Positions 62,196 to 64,000 of a DNA stretch of 64,000 bases are shown piece by piece. The position numbers and the translations under genes were made by a program. Each line of letters opens with the position of its first letter. Within the stretch, counting starts at the first letter, position 1. This DNA comes from a virus. The DNA lies in the IMG/VR virus record IMGVR_UViG_3300007623_000006, positions 47,097-111,096 of that record; one strand, written 5' to 3'. The notes beneath the pieces are model-generated. The model saw nothing but the letters and a program-made list of their open reading frames with translations, was not told where the DNA came from and searched no databases.

Positions 62196-62231
62196 ATTTA
62201 TAAATGTTAATATTTTTTATTTTCAGGTAGG

Positions 62232-62264
62232 TTCAGTAGTATTTAAGCAAAATTTGTATATAAT
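62232..62264 (+). promoter_or_regulatory. Early promoter TTCAG-N6-TTAAG-N11-TATAAT
   Basis: Recurring motif; AAGGA SD follows. Confidence 0.7.
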
Positions 62265-62290
62265 ATAATATAAAAAAAGAAGGAAATGTT

Positions 62291-62902
62291 ATGAATAAAG
62301 AAAAAATGTATGAAATATTATATAGAAAGGGTCTATATAATGTAAAGAACGGTACAAAAAAATGGAAATGGGCAATAGTAGACACTGAACTAAACATATA
62401 TGAAAGGGCTGGTGCTTCAGCAGTATATATGATTAAGTGTTTATTAGGAAATCCTAATATTGACGGGAACAAGATACCATCAGCAATAAAAAGTAGTCTT
62501 AGATATTATTTAAATACAAGGATAGATATAAAAGGGAAAAAAGCTAGGTTTTCATATAAAAAAGTAAGTTCAACAATATATAATAGTTTACAAAGTGGAA
62601 AATCAGTATCAGATATATTAAATATAATAGGTGGTGGTACTAGGTCTGGACTTAATTCGTATATTAAGAAAAATTTCAACAAAATCCCTATAACAAAGCC
62701 GGTTATAAAAAATACATCAATAGATGAATTTACAAAATTTCAATCTAACAATAACTTTACAGTTGCACAGTATGAGGATACTATATCACAATTAAAAGAT
62801 GAAAATAAAAGTCTTAAAGATACTATAGATTCTATTACTGAAGCATTAAATTATTATACAAGAATACATATTGTATCAAATAATTCAGTAAATTTTAAAT
62901 AA
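62291..62902 (+). CDS. Basic early protein with a possible HTH and a C-terminal coiled coil
   Basis: LQSGKSVSDILNIIGGGTRSGLNSYIKK is HTH-like; ISQLKDENKSLKDTI heptads. Confidence 0.65.
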   Translation: MNKEKMYEILYRKGLYNVKNGTKKWKWAIVDTELNIYERAGASAVYMIKCLLGNPNIDGNKIPSAIKSSLRYYLNTRIDIKGKKARFSYKKVSSTIYNSLQSGKSVSDILNIIGGGTRSGLNSYIKKNFNKIPITKPVIKNTSIDEFTKFQSNNNFTVAQYEDTISQLKDENKSLKDTIDSITEALNYYTRIHIVSNNSVNFK

Positions 62903-62912
62903 TTTTATATAG

Positions 62913-62947
62913 AACTACCGTATAATGGTAGTTTCTTGGATTTTTTT
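62913..62947 (+). terminator. Probable intrinsic terminator
   Basis: AACTACCG-TATAA-TGGTAGTT followed by a T-rich tract. Confidence 0.55.
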
Positions 62948-63085
62948 GATTAATTTCAGGTTAGCGGGAATTTGTTGTGTATCTCCGTGAAAATAACCGA
63001 AAATACCTTAATAATCACTGAAATCCATTAAATCTTGTGGTTTTTTAGTCACTTTCAGATTGGATTATTCAATAAAATTTTAACA

Positions 63086-63111
63086 TTCCAAAAGGTTCCA
63101 AAAGGTTCCAA
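63086..63111 (+). repeat. 10-bp tandem repeat TTCCAAAAGG x2.6
   Basis: Directly visible; abuts the promoter. Confidence 0.85.
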
Positions 63112-63112
63112 T

Positions 63113-63145
63113 TTCAGGTATCTCTAAGCCGACTTCGTATATAAT
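63113..63145 (+). promoter_or_regulatory. Early promoter TTCAG-N6-CTAAG-N11-TATAAT
   Basis: Recurring motif. Confidence 0.7.
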
Positions 63146-63173
63146 AATGGTATATAAAAAGAAGGAAAGATAA

Positions 63174-64000
63174 ATGAGATTAGTTACTAGATATTCGGAC
63201 AAGGTTAGATTAAAAGATGAAAGTGGTAAGTATATGGTTAGAACATTAAAAAGTGACAATAAGTTTACTATCGGTGAAAATACATACCACATTAACTCTA
63301 ATGATGAGATTACTTTATTATCTGGTAATGAAGTTAATGTTGCTACTGAAGCACCTGTACAACAATTTGATATTAATGAACGGTTTTCACTTTTGAGTAC
63401 ATTCGTAGATTTAACGCTAGAAGGTCACAATGCAAGTACAATCATCTGTGGTAGCCCAGGTCTTGGGAAGTCTCATACTGTATTAGAGAGATTAGATGCT
63501 CATGGACTAGTAGAGGGTGATGATTATACAATTCATAAAGGTTATACTACACCAAAAGGTTTATACTCATTATTGTATGAGAACCGAAATGGAACTGTGG
63601 TCATTGATGATATGGATAGCGTATTTAAAGATGCTACAAGCCTCAACCTATTAAAAGCTGCCTTAGATTCTTACTCAAAAAGAATTGTATCTTGGAATTC
63701 AATGGGGTTTATAGACGATGGACTTCCTTCTCAATTTCTTTTCACTGGAAGGGTGATATTTATAACTAACAAGTCTTTATCAACATTAGATGATGCAGTT
63801 CGTTCAAGAAGTTTGGTAGCTGATGTTACAATGTCTACTGTAGAAAAAATTGAGAGAATGAGAAGTGTTGCTGCTGATATCTTACCTGAAATTAAACTTA
63901 GTACAAAAATGGAAGTAATTAATTTCATTGAAGAGAAAGCAGATTCAGTGAAAGAGCTAAACTTTAGAACACTTATTAAAGGTGCAAAAATTTTAGAAGC
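63174..64000 (+). CDS. AAA-type ATPase, truncated by the window end (not in the ORF track)
   Basis: AAGGA SD, ATG 63174; GSPGLGKS Walker A, VVIDDMD Walker B, IFITN, AVRSRS. Confidence 0.85.
   Translation, partial: MRLVTRYSDKVRLKDESGKYMVRTLKSDNKFTIGENTYHINSNDEITLLSGNEVNVATEAPVQQFDINERFSLLSTFVDLTLEGHNASTIICGSPGLGKSHTVLERLDAHGLVEGDDYTIHKGYTTPKGLYSLLYENRNGTVVIDDMDSVFKDATSLNLLKAALDSYSKRIVSWNSMGFIDDGLPSQFLFTGRVIFITNKSLSTLDDAVRSRSLVADVTMSTVEKIERMRSVAADILPEIKLSTKMEVINFIEEKADSVKELNFRTLIKGAKILE

Noticed and set aside
1940-63928. Short shadow ORFs in the track (e.g. 13031-13669 -, 10159-10548 -, 57276-57665 -, 55255-55527 +, 63731-63928 -)
   Set aside because: They overlap well-supported genes and read as antisense or off-frame by-products of codon bias
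1-64000. Alternative genetic code (stop-codon reassignment)
   Set aside because: Genes end cleanly at TAA, TAG and TGA with tight coupling under code 11; only one internal stop (ligase) was seen

Overview
AT-rich segment of a large T4-related myovirus genome, almost all on the + strand. A Campylobacterota-like host is inferred from promoter style only. Layout: (1) 1-9.4 kb, a T4-type replication/recombination block (gp47, gp46, gp33, probable gp59, gp44, an inserted AAA ATPase, gp62, a DHH phosphoesterase, gp41 helicase). (2) 9.4-55.5 kb, a very long late region with (T/A)ATAAATA promoters, encoding fibre/baseplate-like proteins. It includes an array of 12 paralogous genes in A/B pairs, two RCC1-like propellers, a beta-helix spike, a ~3100-aa repeat protein broken by a 1-nt deletion, and a reverse-strand coiled-coil fibre. 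(3) 55.5-64 kb, DNA ligase (in-frame TAA at codon 32), two candidate capsid-internal proteins (one a SprT-like protease), small early genes, an RHH protein, a promoter-fed hairpin-rich non-coding tract and a truncated AAA ATPase. Best candidates for new biology: a stand-alone IscB PLMP/RRXRR-like micro-protein behind a duplicated-hairpin RNA leader; an early cassette pairing a 2OG-Fe(II) oxygenase with a U32-like Fe-S protein; the A/B paralog array; and the ~530-nt candidate ncRNA. All family calls are by eye from motifs; no searches were run.
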